Part shown: positions 37,824 through 49,924 of the stretch, one piece after another
Layout of the letters: each line of letters starts with the position of its first letter
Position numbering within the stretch: position 1 is the first letter of the stretch
Assembly (NCBI RefSeq): GCF_018350175.1
Contig: NC_058373.1
Coordinates: 105,898,001-105,962,000 of the forward strand
Length of the DNA: 64,000 nucleotides
Direction of reading: 5' to 3'
Origin: Felis catus
Taxonomy: Eukaryota
Program-made: the position numbers and the translations under genes
The notes under the pieces: model-generated
The model's input: only the letters and a program-made list of their open reading frames with translations
What the model was told of the DNA's origin: nothing
Databases searched by the model: none

Positions 37824-38239
37824 CCTAGCATATCCTAGAGGGCCAGATAACTACGGAAAACAGAAGGTGCTTCCTTTTCCCTTGGACGTTCTTTCTTATC
37901 TGATAGTTCCTTCAACCATCCCATTGGCATTATTAGAGTTCGTTTCTACCAGTTTAAATTCCTCTCAGGATATGCTTCAATTCTCTTAGGGAATACCAGA
38001 CCTATGTGAGCTCATAAGAAACATCAACTGTAACATCTACAAACAATAAAAACAAGTATGTGGGACATTTGGCAATACGTATCAAAAGCATTAAAAGCCT
38101 TTCTGTCCTCCTGTGCTGTATTTCTGCTTCTAAATACGTACTCACGTATGGGCACCAACATTGAACTAGGAAGTACGAAGGAGTTTTTTTTTTTAATTGT
38201 TTTAAATTCTGAACTTCATAATGAAACAGGTGAAAGGGT

Positions 38240-38428
38240 TTTTTTCTTTTAATGTTTATTTATTTTTGAGAGAGAGGGAGCAGGGGAGGGGCAGAGAGAG
38301 GGAGACAGAGGATCTAAAGAGGGCTCTGGTGACAGTGGAGAGCAGGATGTGGGGCTTGAACCCACGAACCATGAGATCATGACCTGATCTGAAGTTAGAC
38401 GCTTAAGCAACTGAGTCACCCAGGCGCC
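38240..38428 (-). mobile_element. CAN-SINE
   Basis: Reverse head CCCAGGCGCC. Confidence 0.88.
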
Positions 38429-39162
38429 TTATTTTTAATACCAAAAAATTAAAAGTGACTTATTGTACAATCAAAAAATAGTTATCTTGACATAATAAAA
38501 TACTGGTAGCCATTAAAATGTAGATGGAACACAACTTAGTTACATAGAAAATTCCCAAGATATATTTTTAACTAGTCGGTCAGTTATAAAATAAAGTGAT
38601 CCCAGGTTTGAAAGAGAAGGAGGGCAGGGGAAGAAATGTTAATGCTATTCTCTGGTTTGCAGACTTATGGATGATTTTATTGCCTTAAGTAGCAGCATTT
38701 TCCAAATTCTCTACAAAGAACAGGAATTCCTGTTATAATTATGCAAAAGAAACAAAACAACAACAACAAAACTTTGGGTATAAGAATTTATAAGATAATT
38801 CTTATGGGCATGATCTTGAGATGATTTGGCCTACTTTTAAATTTATATAACTATTTTATTTTCACATAATGTACAAACATAAAAGCATGCAAATCATAAA
38901 TGAACAGCATGACGAATTATTGAAGTGAAATACCCATGTAACTAGTGCCCAGATAAAAAATTTGAGCAACAGTACCACCCTAGAGACCTCCTTCATCCCC
39001 TAAAGGTAACCACTCTTCTAACACCATTATTAGTTTTCCCTGTTTTTTAGTTTTATGTAAATGAAACCACACTATATATTCGTTTACTCAAAGTTATTTT
39101 TGTGGAGGCTGATCCATATTTTTACAAGTAGACATGACTCATTCATTCTCATTGTTGGATAA

Positions 39163-39355
39163 CAGGGGTTGCCAAACTATGGCTCACAGGCCAGCTGCTG
39201 ATTTTGTAAATAAAGTTTTATTGGAACACAGCTGTGCCCCCTTCTTTACCTCTTGTGCTTTCATGCTACAATGGCAGAGTTGAGTAGTTATAACAGATCA
39301 TATGGCCCATGGCCTTACTACGTAGCCCATTACAGGAAAAGTTTGCCAACTCCTG
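39163..39355. mobile_element. MER58A-like hAT element
   Basis: TIRs CAGGGGTTGCCAAACT / AGTTTGCCAACTCCTG; GTAAATAAAGTTTTATTGGAACACAGC. Confidence 0.88.
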
Positions 39356-39448
39356 CTATATAGCATTAATTATGTGCCGATGCCACAATCTATTTATCCA
39401 TTCTACTTCGCATAAACACCCGTGTTGTTTTCTAGTCTGGGGCTATGA

Positions 39449-39557
39449 TGGGGCTGCCGGATACAGTAAGTAAAAATACGGAATTCTCAGTTAAATTTGA
39501 ATTTGAGACAAACCAACAATATTTTTAGGATAGCCCAAATATGGCATGGCCACCCTG
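39449..39557. mobile_element. MER53-like hAT fragment
   Basis: AAAAATAC..CAGTTAAATTTGAATTT motif; ends in GGCCACCCTG. Confidence 0.6.
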
Positions 39558-40192
39558 GGCTATAGGAATAGCATAGCTATTCACATTCGAATATGTGTCT
39601 TTTGGTGAGCACATACACTCAGTTCCGTTGGGTATGTTCCTGGGAGTGAATTGCTAAGCTGTGAGGTATGGGTATGTTCACATTTAACAGCTACGAATGA
39701 AGACTTTTCCAAAGTAGTTATACAAATTGATAGTCTCACTGGCAGTGTCTGATTTAGTTGGCGATCATTCATATAGTTAGTCCTTTTAATTTTAACCAGG
39801 CTGATGGGTGTGGAGTGATATCCCACTGTGGTCTTTATTTGCGTTTCTCTGATGACCACTTAGTGTCAGCCCTTTTCACACGCTTATTGACCATCTGGTT
39901 ACGGGATTTGTATGTGTGTATGTGTACTGCCTATTTAAAATTTTTGGTCTTTTCTTTTTTTTTTTTTTTTTTTTGATTGTTGGGCTAGCTGTCTTTCTCA
40001 TGGCAACTAATGATTTCTGGCACGATCTGGCTTAAAACGGTGAACCGGAACAATCAGATTTTTTTGCGTGTGCCTCTTTTTTCTCTTTCATTTTCTCTCT
40101 CTCTCTGGAATTTGACCTGGAAAAGATGTTAAAAAAAAAAAAAAAAAGATGGGTTTCAGCAGGACAGAATTTGAAAATTCACAAGGTGACAG

Positions 40193-40405
40193 AGCAGCAC
40201 TGCCCAACAGAACTTTCTGAAATGACTTTCTCAAATCTCTGTATCTGAGATACTCAATATGGTAGCCGCTAGCCTCATGTGGCCTCATTGTTTGAAATAT
40301 GACAATTGTTACTGAGGAAGTGAACGTTGCATATTATTTCATTTTAATTAATTTAAGTTTAAATAGCCACATGGGGCCAGCGGCTACAGAATTGAACAAT
40401 ACAAT
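40193..40405. mobile_element. MER3-like hAT element
   Basis: CAATATGGTAGCCGCTAGCC.CATGTGGC and TTAAATAGCCACATG motifs. Confidence 0.8.
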
Positions 40406-40529
40406 TCTCATGGATTAGCCAAGCATAAGCCAGTTATGAATAAGCTAGTATAGGGATCCTAGTTAAGATAGTCAAAGAGATTCTTTTCTTCTCTTCTGTC
40501 CTTTCTTTTCTTTCTTATTAAAGTTTTTA

Positions 40530-40872
40530 GTTAAAAAAATTTTTTTTAATGTTTATTTATTTTTGAGAGAGAGAGAGAGAGAGAGAGACAGAGTGCGAGC
40601 AGGGGAGGGGCAGAAAGAGAGAGGGAGACACAGGATCTGAAGCAGGCTCCAGGCTCTGAGCTGTCAGCACAGAGCCCAACGCGGGGCTCAAACTTACTAA
40701 CCATGAGATCATGACCTGAGCCGAAGTCAGATGATTAGCCAACTGAGCCACCCAGGAGCCCCTAAAGTTTTCATCTTTTTTTAAGTAATCTTTACACCCA
40801 ACATGGGGCTTGAACTCGCGACCCTGAGATCAAGAGTCACACGGTCTTCTGACTGGGCCAGCCAGGTGTCTA
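40530..40872 (-). mobile_element. CAN-SINE (40530-40762) inserted in the tail of a short CAN-SINE (40763-40872)
   Basis: Two reverse heads; TSD TAAAGTTTT. Confidence 0.85.
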
Positions 40873-41332
40873 CAAAGGAAAGTTTCTGTTTCTGAATTCT
40901 CAGGAGCTGTTCTGAAAAGTTGAGTGGCTGGAGCTGTTTTCATGTCCCCTCTTAACTGTGGCCTGATCTTACTATAACTGTTCTTAGATTTTGGTAAGAT
41001 TGCATCTCCCTTATACTGCCCCGATGCTGGTGTTTCAGCTTTTCTGAGTTCTCAGTTAAACACGATGAAATGAATCTTTTCCAAGTGACTTTGCTGTGAC
41101 TAAATTGATTAGTTGGCTCCGAATATTATAACGTCCTCTCCCTAGGGAAGAACCAAATTTTACCGTTAAGACCCTTACAGATTTACCAGCTTTACTCAAC
41201 ACCTCTCGAGGTGGCTACCAAGTTCATAACACTTTCTCCTCGAGAGGAAGACTCCCAGACACATAGTGAGAGGTCCTGAGTGATCTCTGAGATCCTGAGA
41301 GATCTAAGAAGGTCTTGTAATCTTCTTTATAG

Positions 41333-41490
41333 AGGAGTGGTTACAGTTACAGTTACAGACTGGGGGGCCCATTCCTGCAGTTTCTTTTCAGTTAGGTCTG
41401 TGAGTTGGGCCCAAGCATTTGCATTTATAACAATTTCTCAGGTGATACTGATGCTGCAGATCTGGGGCCCACATTTTAGGAACCACTGCT
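41333..41490. mobile_element. MER5A-like element
   Basis: ATTTGCATTT.TAACAA..CAGGTGATACTGATGCTGC...GAACCACTG. Confidence 0.8.
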
Positions 41491-44400
41491 ATAGATAATC
41501 AGCTTAGGGGTAGATATCTCAGGGATATCCCTGAGATAGGGATATCAGCTTCTCTCAGGAATTTGTGACTTGGAACAAAGAGATGTGGAGACTGAGCCCT
41601 CTGGAGACAAGTTACAAAAACTACCCCTGTTGTGATTCCCTGAGCTGGTCGGTTCCTGCTTGTGAGTGGAGCCTGGGTTGCTTAATCCTTTCACTTAATC
41701 CTATTTCTTTATTTTCCATAAACTGGCCATAGACAAGTTTCTGTTGCCTGCCCCTAAAAGAACTTGAACTAAGACATGAGCGTATCAGTTACATGTTCCA
41801 CCACAGAAGCAAAAACCGTTCTAAGTATTTAAAACAGATATAATACAGCACAGGGAATTGGTCGTGGGGTGACAGAAGGCCCGAGAAGCCAAATATGAAA
41901 CGAGAGATTAACAACATCAGGAAGCTACCTCCACCCCTAGGCTGGAGGGACAAGGGGAGAAGGTGGCATTAACGGAGGCTGGGGTGATCTAGAAGAAGCC
42001 GAGACCACAATGGACCAGCCCAACATGGGAAATGCTGCTGCCCTTGCCAGAAACATTACCCAATGCCGCTCTGCAGAAGTGGAAATAGAAAAATTCCCTG
42101 GCTTCATTCTTCCTCTTGCCTCCAACCTCTCAGCAGTGCCTCTGTCTGCTCAGAAATCTGGAGAACATGGCCTGTGATAGGACAGCTTGGGGCACTGGTG
42201 GGATACAGATCTGAAAACAAGCCAAGGACCAACACTGTTCTATTTGGATTTTGTGTGTTTTTTCTTCAAAGCACACTTTGCCTCCTTGCAAAATAGTGAC
42301 ATAATATGTGCTCACGTATAATTTCTAATAGTTGCTTGTTAAGAACAAATGTTTTATAGCTTTTTATGGTTTCATAATGAGGATTGACGTTTGAGACCAT
42401 CTTCAGGGGAATATTGCAAACGGTAAGAAGAAGTAGCATGTGAATTTTCAGCATCAGAGGTGTTTTTATACGTCTCATCAGATTTAATGCTCAAAAACCT
42501 CGTGAAGTAGGTTTTACTGTTAGCTCAATTTTAAGAATAAGGAAATCAAGGCTCAGAAGGAGAAAGCAACACAGAATAAGCAAAGTCACATTGCTCAAAA
42601 GTGGTAAAATGGCTTGATCCCAAACCCGTGCTCAGCACATAACCTCAATTGTTGCAAAACACCAAGCTATTGTGTGAAACCACATGCAAAGCTACAAACT
42701 TAAAATTCTTTCTCTGTTGATATCTCATGTCCTCTCTTATCAAAAAAACCCAATGTGTGGAGTAAAACTGTGTAACCAGAACTGGGAGAGGTTATTTTGA
42801 AAGATCAGCAAAATACCCCAAAGCACCTTCCCTCCTCCACCACCTGTGGATGGTCAATTAAATCTATTCTCAGTGGCCCCACAGTTTCCTAATTAATAGG
42901 CAATGATTACGGGGCAAGGCAGGGTCTTTCATAAGCTCATTCTAGAACAACAGCAATCATTTTAAAAAGAAAAGGAAAAAAGCAAAGAACCGTTTGGCTG
43001 AGAATATAAATTAAGCTACACATAGTGAGTGTTTTTGATGGCTCCTGAGACTACTTAGTCACCTAGAATTAAATACAAACACACACAATGAGTGTATGTG
43101 AATGTATGTGCCTGTGTCTCACGGAGAGGAAGAGAGAGAGTTCCCTTCTGTATCACAGAAATTGTTAATCTTCCTCTAGTCCCAGGTCTACGGGCTGCAT
43201 TTCTGATGCTGAAAAGCCATCTTTGTTTCCCCTGGTTACCAATGAAACTGTGCAGGGATCAGTTCAAATCCATCACCATGTACAGAAAAATGCTTCCAAA
43301 TACAAATCTTACTCTCTGTATCTGTTATCTATATCTATTCAAAAGGAAGGACAGCTCACATGTGCACATGCACACATTTCTGTGCTTACAGTGTAGGTAC
43401 ATGATGTCCTATATATATGGAAATGAGCTATGTAACACAGCACATCTCTATAATATTAATTGCTATAGAGAATGGGATTTTTTTCCACAGGCAGGCTCCA
43501 TCCTCTCCTTCACTGCTTGAAGACCCAAGAGAAATTGCTGTAAAGTGATTTGTCCTATAAAGTTACTGCTCAGAATGTACCTCAATAATATACTTTTATC
43601 TATAAGGATAAGCCCTGCCTTAGAGAGAGCCCTACACCCAATTTATTGACTCAATAAATTTCAGGCTCACTGATTATATTTCCATCTAAAAGCTTTACAC
43701 CGTTATAAAACTGGAGAGCCTTTAGTATCATTTCAGGTCAAGTTTCTTTCTGAATATTTTTCCACAATGAGCTGCAATACATTAAGCCTACCCATTAACT
43801 AGAATATCACAGATTATACTCTTGATCTGATGGCCAAGGGACCATTTGCATTGTCTGGGTTCCACTTAACACAATATTTGAAATGGATAGAATAGCTTAG
43901 AACCGGAGAGCAACATTCAAGCCATCTTCCTTCAGTGGAGAAAAATGTGTCAGGTTTGTTAAAAGAAAATCAGAATTCGGAACTAAAACTTCTCTCTGCA
44001 AAACAAAGCATTTGTCTCTGCTGATATCCTCAACCAGTTCCATGAATATTTTTTCTTGAACCCAAGTTAGTGCTGCATAATGAGATGAGAAAATAAGAGT
44101 GATAAGATTTCCAGTAATTAGGTGCAGTTGTTTGAAATCTTAATTGTGAACTTCCCCCCCTCCCCCAAGATGTACAGTCTTCTAGAGATTTTGCTAGCAG
44201 AAATAAGGGTGTGAACTGATCCTTATGCGTGATTGAGACACATCCAGGGCCATTATAATTTACCTTTACAACTGGAATAACCAGATACATTGATTCTTTT
44301 TTCAGTTAAAAAGACACCTGAAGAACTGCTCTCAGTGTTAATTTTTCGTAATACTTGAGATCCACTGAATAATGAAAAATGTCACAGAAAAATTTTACAT

Positions 44401-45275
44401 ATTGAAAATAAAATCCTCCTAAAGGGTCAGAATTCTGCCACACACTTTTTGCTTTAGTTAAAATTCAACATTCAGCTGTATTAAGATCACGGCATTCTTG
44501 AACAGCACGATGCTGTTTGGTTTAGGTCATTTAAAAAATATTTTAAGAGAAAGGCATGGAAAAGGAGGGGAGAGTGTTGTGGATTTAAAAGTGCATGTAT
44601 GCATATGTGTCATTTATCAAAACTTTAGACAAGAACGTCGTCTTCCTGGGAGTTGAGAGCCCTCAGAGCGGGAAGTCCGCTGCAGGGAAGAACAAAAGCA
44701 TGGCTGCGCGATAGTACTATCTCTGCAGCAGCAGCAGGCTCCCCGAAGGAGGGTTGCAGCGACTGTCTATTATTACACCGCATTTTTATTAGTGACAGCC
44801 TCCGTTATCCTGTCAGCTCAGCCAACTAAGCTGTTCCCTGCGTTCTGGTTGGTCACCCGGACTCCGTTAAATGGGAAAAGGAAAGAGGACAGAAAGGTGA
44901 ATTGTACTAAGTGGGGGCACACGGGGATTTCTCTTCTTCGCGGCCGGCATCGCCTCTTCCTCGGGGACGTGGGGGGAATTCCAGGACCGCTTTTAACCCA
45001 GAAACCAGTGCGTCCTATTAATTAGTTTCTAAGCGCAAGGAAGGCAGCGAAAAGCTTAATCTTCTCCCTCCAGCTGGGGCCAAGAGCCGGGATGGTCAGA
45101 GCTGCCTGGCCCGTGCGCACCAGCGCCCGACCCCTGGCGGCCCTCAGAGCCCTCACCGGGCAGAATGGAGGTCAAGTCAAAGGTCACGACCGCAGGGTGC
45201 CCTCCCCCCACCCCCCTCGCCGCGGTGTCCGCAACTCAGCTTCTTGAACGACCACCACTAACACTGCAAGGCTGG

Positions 45276-45325
45276 AGGGCGGGGAGGGGGCGGGTCCGGA
45301 GGGGGGCGGGATCAGGGGGCGGGGA
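45276..45325 (+). promoter_or_regulatory. Sp/KLF GC-box cluster, G-quadruplex-capable
   Basis: Several GGGGCGGG motifs and more than four G3+ runs with short loops. Confidence 0.75.
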
Positions 45326-45347
45326 CGAAGCGGCCGAGGAATGCGAC

Positions 45348-45427
45348 GGGAAGTGTAGTTCCGTGAACCCTGGTTAGCGTAGCTACTCGGGCTGTGCCTG
45401 TGAGATCGAGACTACAACTCCCAGGGG
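45348..45427. promoter_or_regulatory. Two divergent ZNF143/THAP11-type ACTACAnnTCCC motifs
   Basis: GGAACTACACTTCCC on the - strand (45348-45362) and GACTACAACTCCCAG on the + strand (45410-45424). Confidence 0.8.
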
Positions 45428-45479
45428 TGTGCGGGCCCGGCTGGGGAGTCCATGCGCAGTGGGCGCCACATTGTATCCT

Positions 45480-45609
45480 ATCAGGCGAGGAGAGGGTGAT
45501 GTCACCTGCGAGTTGGTAACCTACGAGCGGCTGTGAAGGAAACTGTTTAACCGGATCCCATTGTACCCGGAGCGCAGAGCCGCCTTTCCAGCATGCAGGG
45601 GCTGCTCAG
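45480..45609 (+). other. DAAM1: First (probably non-coding) exon of a + strand gene, probably DAAM1; start is approximate
   Basis: Lies downstream of core promoter motifs and ends at a strong donor CTCAG|GTAAGG (45609/45610). The sequence GAAGGAAACTGTTTAACCGGATCCCATTGTACC...CCAGCATGCAGGGGCTGCTCAG matches my recollection of the human DAAM1 5'UTR. No coding exon in the next 18 kb, consistent with a long intron 1. Gene identity is from memory only. Confidence 0.65.
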
Positions 45610-46980
45610 GTAAGGGGGACGTGCCGCCTCGCCCGCCGCACTCATTCATTAAGTAGCACCGCGCGGTGGCGTGGGGGTGGGCGCGCTACTTCGGGCCGGG
45701 CGCTGGGTTCGCGGCGCGCCCTCCCGCTGCCTCCCCGGAGCCCCAGGGCCAGTAGGTAAATATTAAACCCGTCCTTCAGGTTGGGTCTGGGTGGGAACGG
45801 GACCTAGACAGCTCCCGGCTGCCAAGCTGGGTTTGGGAAAATGGCTGCAAGCGCGGCGAAAAGCAAGGCAAGCCCGGAGGAAGGCGCCCCCGAGGACGGG
45901 GGTCCCTCCCTCCTTTCTTTCTGAGGCGCTGGGATGCCAAAAGAGCAGGCAGGGTACCATTCGCCGCCTTGCTGTAGGCTCTCGAGGCTGGGGCTTCGGG
46001 GCGCCGGGGGTCGTGGCCTCGGCTGGGGGCCCTGCCCGCGGTCGGGAGCTGCTGGCCCGGGAGGCTCCGAGGCAGGCGTGGTGGACTCGGAGGTGGCAAC
46101 AGGGAAGGAGGGACTCGTGTGCCCGCCCGCGTCCGAGCAGAACCCCAACCATCCCTGCAGCCCTCGCTTCGAGCTTTATTTGAAAAAGGGACGAGGTGAC
46201 TGTAATTCCGCGAAAGTTGGAAGCTAAAGGTCTCGCAGGAGAGGAGGGAAACCCCGCGCTGCGGAAAGACCAAGGGGTGTTGGCGGACAGCGGGGAGCGG
46301 AGCCTGCGCCGCCTGCGGAGCGGGTTCGGGGCGCCGCAGGGCGCTCGCGCCTCTCGTCCCCCTGGGAAAGGTGCATCTTGTTTCCCCTGTCCGGATTGCT
46401 CCCTCCACAAAGAGCACCTGAGCTGGGGCGAAGCGTCTGCCCGGAGCTTTGGGCTGGGAGTTGGTTAGGCGGTGCGGGGTGTCGAACAATCTAATGATGA
46501 GGCTCGCTGTGGGGCAGGAGGGCTGGGCAATAGGAACCATCTGGTGTCGAAAATCCAACTGCTTGCAAATGGGCTTGCCCTCCGACTTGAGACGTGCTTG
46601 GGGCCCGAGAACTCTATAAAAGTCCTCTGGATTTCCTTTCCTAGCACCCTCATTCTTTCGCATACTCACTCACTCATTCATCAAACCCAGCTAATGGCTC
46701 TGGTCTCAAGTCGCTCACAGCCTGGTGATGGGATGTTCTGGTTTTTTGTTTGTTTGTTTGTTTGGTTTTTTTTGCCCCCATAAAATATTTTGGTGGGCCC
46801 AGGAATTGATACTTGCGCCTTATTTCCTCTAGCTTGGTCCCCTACCCCGTCTCCACCCGCAGGAGAGCATCAAGAGCATATGCTACCCGTGACCGTTTTG
46901 CGCTCAATGAGTTGGTAGTTGCTTGAGACTGGAGAAGGACCTAGTGAATTGAAGCGGAGTTTGTCTGCGAGACGAATCCC

Positions 46981-46994
46981 GTTGCCATGGCGAC
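46981..46994 (-). promoter_or_regulatory. RFX X-box
   Basis: GTCGCCATGGCAAC on the - strand fits GTNRCC-N(0-3)-RGYAAC; lies inside the CpG island. Confidence 0.65.
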
Positions 46995-48839
46995 TCCTGC
47001 CGTCGGAATCTTAACTGCTCCCACTGCTGTTTCAATTCGTTGTGGCTCTGCGGGCAGCTGGGAGGGCGTGGCCAGTGGGTGTGGTCAAATGCTCGTTCCG
47101 GGCCCAGCTGCTCTCTCTCCTTCACCCTTTCCACAGCCCAGGCCTCCATTCTCTTGGAAATAGCTTGGACACAGTTCTAGACTCCTTTCCCTCTCGTGTG
47201 CCCATACCTTGGACCCTCCTCTCACCAGAAGTAATGCTGGAGCCTTTTTCCTGAGGCATGCTCTTTCCCTTTCAGGCTAGATGCATAATTTCCCTAATAA
47301 TGTACCTGACCCGAGTTGGAGGCATATTTCTCAAGGAGGGCGTGTCCTCTGTTTTGCATGAAGAGCGAGCTCTCTGGCCACCAGTAAAGGGCCTCGATTT
47401 GCCCTAGGTGCAGCTCTCTGGAAGTTTATAGGAACAGTTAATAACTGAAATTGAATTCTGGAAGTCCATGTCATGCCTTGTGATTCCCATAAAATCTAGA
47501 AGCCTGCCGCCTGCCTAAAGGATTCAGGTCCTTGGGAATGAAGCAGGCTGGGCAGGGATCTAGGAGGCCTGGGTCATTCTCTAGCTCTGTCATTGCTGGC
47601 TACCCCACTCTGGGGTAATTCTTTACTTCAGGGGACCTGGGGCCTTAGTAATGTGGGAGAGGGGCTATAGAGGGTTTCCCAAAGTTGATTCTAGGTATAA
47701 AATCTTGTGACTCTACAAAGGACTTGGTCATTGTCTTTTCTCAAAATAATCTGAAGATGAGTTAAATTCCACTTCTGACACTGTGGCATTGGGTTAATAT
47801 CTCTGAGCCTTATTGGTATGACTCACTTGACAAACCAGCCTGGCTCTTCATGGCAATCCTTCAAGGTAGGCAAGGCAGCCATTTGACTAGTTGTGATGAT
47901 ATTTCTAATATTACTAGTGTTATCCCTGTATCTGGACTTCTATTTATCCTTTTATTGTAGAATTAATTGTTCAGGGTTTGTCTTTTTATAGATTCTTGAT
48001 GAATGCAGTTATTTGTAATCTAATTGCATTCAGTGTAATTGAATTACACAAATATTTTGTTTACCTTCTGCTTTTGTTACATGCCAAAGTGGATTATCAC
48101 AGACATTGCAGTTAAGGGGGAACAAGGCTGTATCTGTGAATGTGTATGCATGTGCATTCTTGTGCAGGTAGATGCTTGGGGACATTGACTGCCAAGTGGT
48201 TGACATTTCATCGTCTTGTTTTAAGTAGGCGGTTACATCCTCATGAGGAAACAGAATCAGAAATTGTCACTTTTTGTCCTAGAACTTATCATTGACTGAA
48301 CATCTCCTTCGATTGTCTGATTTTTCTTGTGTCCCTGTAATTCTGACAGCAATTCTAATGTGTTCCACCCCCCCCCCAACCCCCAAGGTCTTTGAGGGCA
48401 GGGTCTTTGTCTTGTCCTTCCCCGTCTCTCTAGCAATTAGTGTTTGACCATTGGTAGGTGTTTAATAAATATTTGTTGAGTCAATAGTAGAGCCATGATT
48501 GGAGATTCAAGATTGCATTCTTTCCACTGGTAGTTCTGGCATCGATGGTAATACTCCTTTAGCTTTCTGTGAAGTAGTTTCATCTCAGCATAAATGAAAA
48601 CGCCTATGTAGCACGTGACCTGAAGTATAGAAGGCCATCCATGTGTCTGAAATCGATGTATTTTGTAATTATTTGCTGTTGGAATACATTCACTCACATA
48701 GACTTTCTTTTTTTTTTTTTTTTTTCTCTAAAATTCTTGTTACAGGTCTTAATGCAATTCTTATTACCCCACAGCCGGCATTTCTAGATGTCTCTTGTTC
48801 TCTCCCTGGCCCAGATAACTTTCCCAGGAGGTGCAGGAC

Positions 48840-48840
<1 letters not shown>

Positions 48841-48881
<41 letters not shown>
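48841..48881 (+). repeat. (GA)n microsatellite
   Basis: Seen directly. Confidence 0.95.
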
Positions 48882-48884
<3 letters not shown>

Positions 48885-49924
48885 TAAGGCAGAGATAACT
48901 AGAGGCTTTTGCCAGGCTACCCATGGCACCGGAGGCACCATTGGGGTAGAGGAGCTGGACAGTGGCTTTCTTATCTGTGGAGGAGTTTTCTCATAAACAG
49001 GATCGGTTGTCCCAGGCTGGCTCATGTGAGAGAAGAACGGAGTAGGAGAGATTTGTCCAATATTTGTAACGTTGTGTTATCATCCACTAGTCAGATTCTG
49101 TGGGTTTTCAGAAGTATAAATTAGCGAGGAGGCATGATATCAGCAGTGGGTCGTGTCCTTGGGTGGTGCTTACAGGAGCTTAGTAGGTGCCAAGGAATTT
49201 GAATCCTGGCTTTCTCGCTCTGTGGATAGGCTCTGGGTGTCACGAATGCCTGTGTGTCTGTGTGTGGTTTTATTTGAACTACTTTGTTTAAAAGCCTGCT
49301 TTTAGTGTTGGTATTATGGTCATCAGAACAAATAAGCTGTTTACAAACAAAACATGGTTAAGATTGAAAGTGTTTCATCGTGTAAATATTTTGGGGATGT
49401 CATAAAGAGTGGCTTTGGCTTGAGAATCTTGAGGTCTTCTGTGAAATCACTTAAAGAGTTACAGCTGTTGGATCAGGGAGAACCAGCTTTTCCAACAAAG
49501 CCTGGTACCACTGAGAGCCTTAGGTGTTTGGTTCAGGAAATAATCACAGAGTTGTAACTTCTGTGGGGCCCTCCCTGGCTTCATGTCATACTCCTGGTAT
49601 TTCCAAGTTTTAAGCCTATCCTTATATTATTGCAGGAAATAATTGCAGGCACCTTTGCCACTTTAGGTTAGCAAACTTGCTTAAACTCCAGAGGGGGCAC
49701 GGTCAAAATGAAAATTCTTATATTTCATTTTGTGATTTTTCTTCTTTGCATCAGGAACGTGGACTACTGTCACTTACACTGGCATTTTGAGTTCTAACTT
49801 GGTAATGGAGGAAATCTTCCAAGTGAAATGTATTCTAACACAGCATCTGTTCTTAATGGTTTCCCTGAGAGCTCAGTTTAGAGGCAACTGATACCACAGG
49901 TACTATTTAAGAAATCGGTAAGCT

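Larger units (their letters stand above)
38840..40000 (-). mobile_element. Old L1M fragment with nested hAT elements
   Basis: Reverse complement gives IRETQIKTT.GYH.TP, the ORF2 C-terminus, plus 3'UTR-like sequence. Confidence 0.7.
44650..47150. promoter_or_regulatory. CpG island / housekeeping-type promoter
   Basis: Abrupt rise in GC and CpG content against AT-rich, CpG-depleted flanks; free of repeats; contains GC boxes, ZNF143-type motifs and a strong 5' splice site. Confidence 0.95.

Noticed and set aside
44710..44721. 12-bp palindrome GATAGTACTATC
   Set aside because: Palindromes of this length are expected by chance many times in 64 kb.
45763..46783. Long ORFs (297, 215 and 130 aa) in the CpG island
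   Set aside because: Overlapping on both strands, rich in Arg/Pro/Gly/Ala, with no recognisable domain. Expected from the scarcity of stop codons in GC-rich DNA.
49686..49700. CTCF-like AGAGGGGGCAC (also GGCCACCAG at ~47377)
   Set aside because: Only half of the core motif matches in each case.
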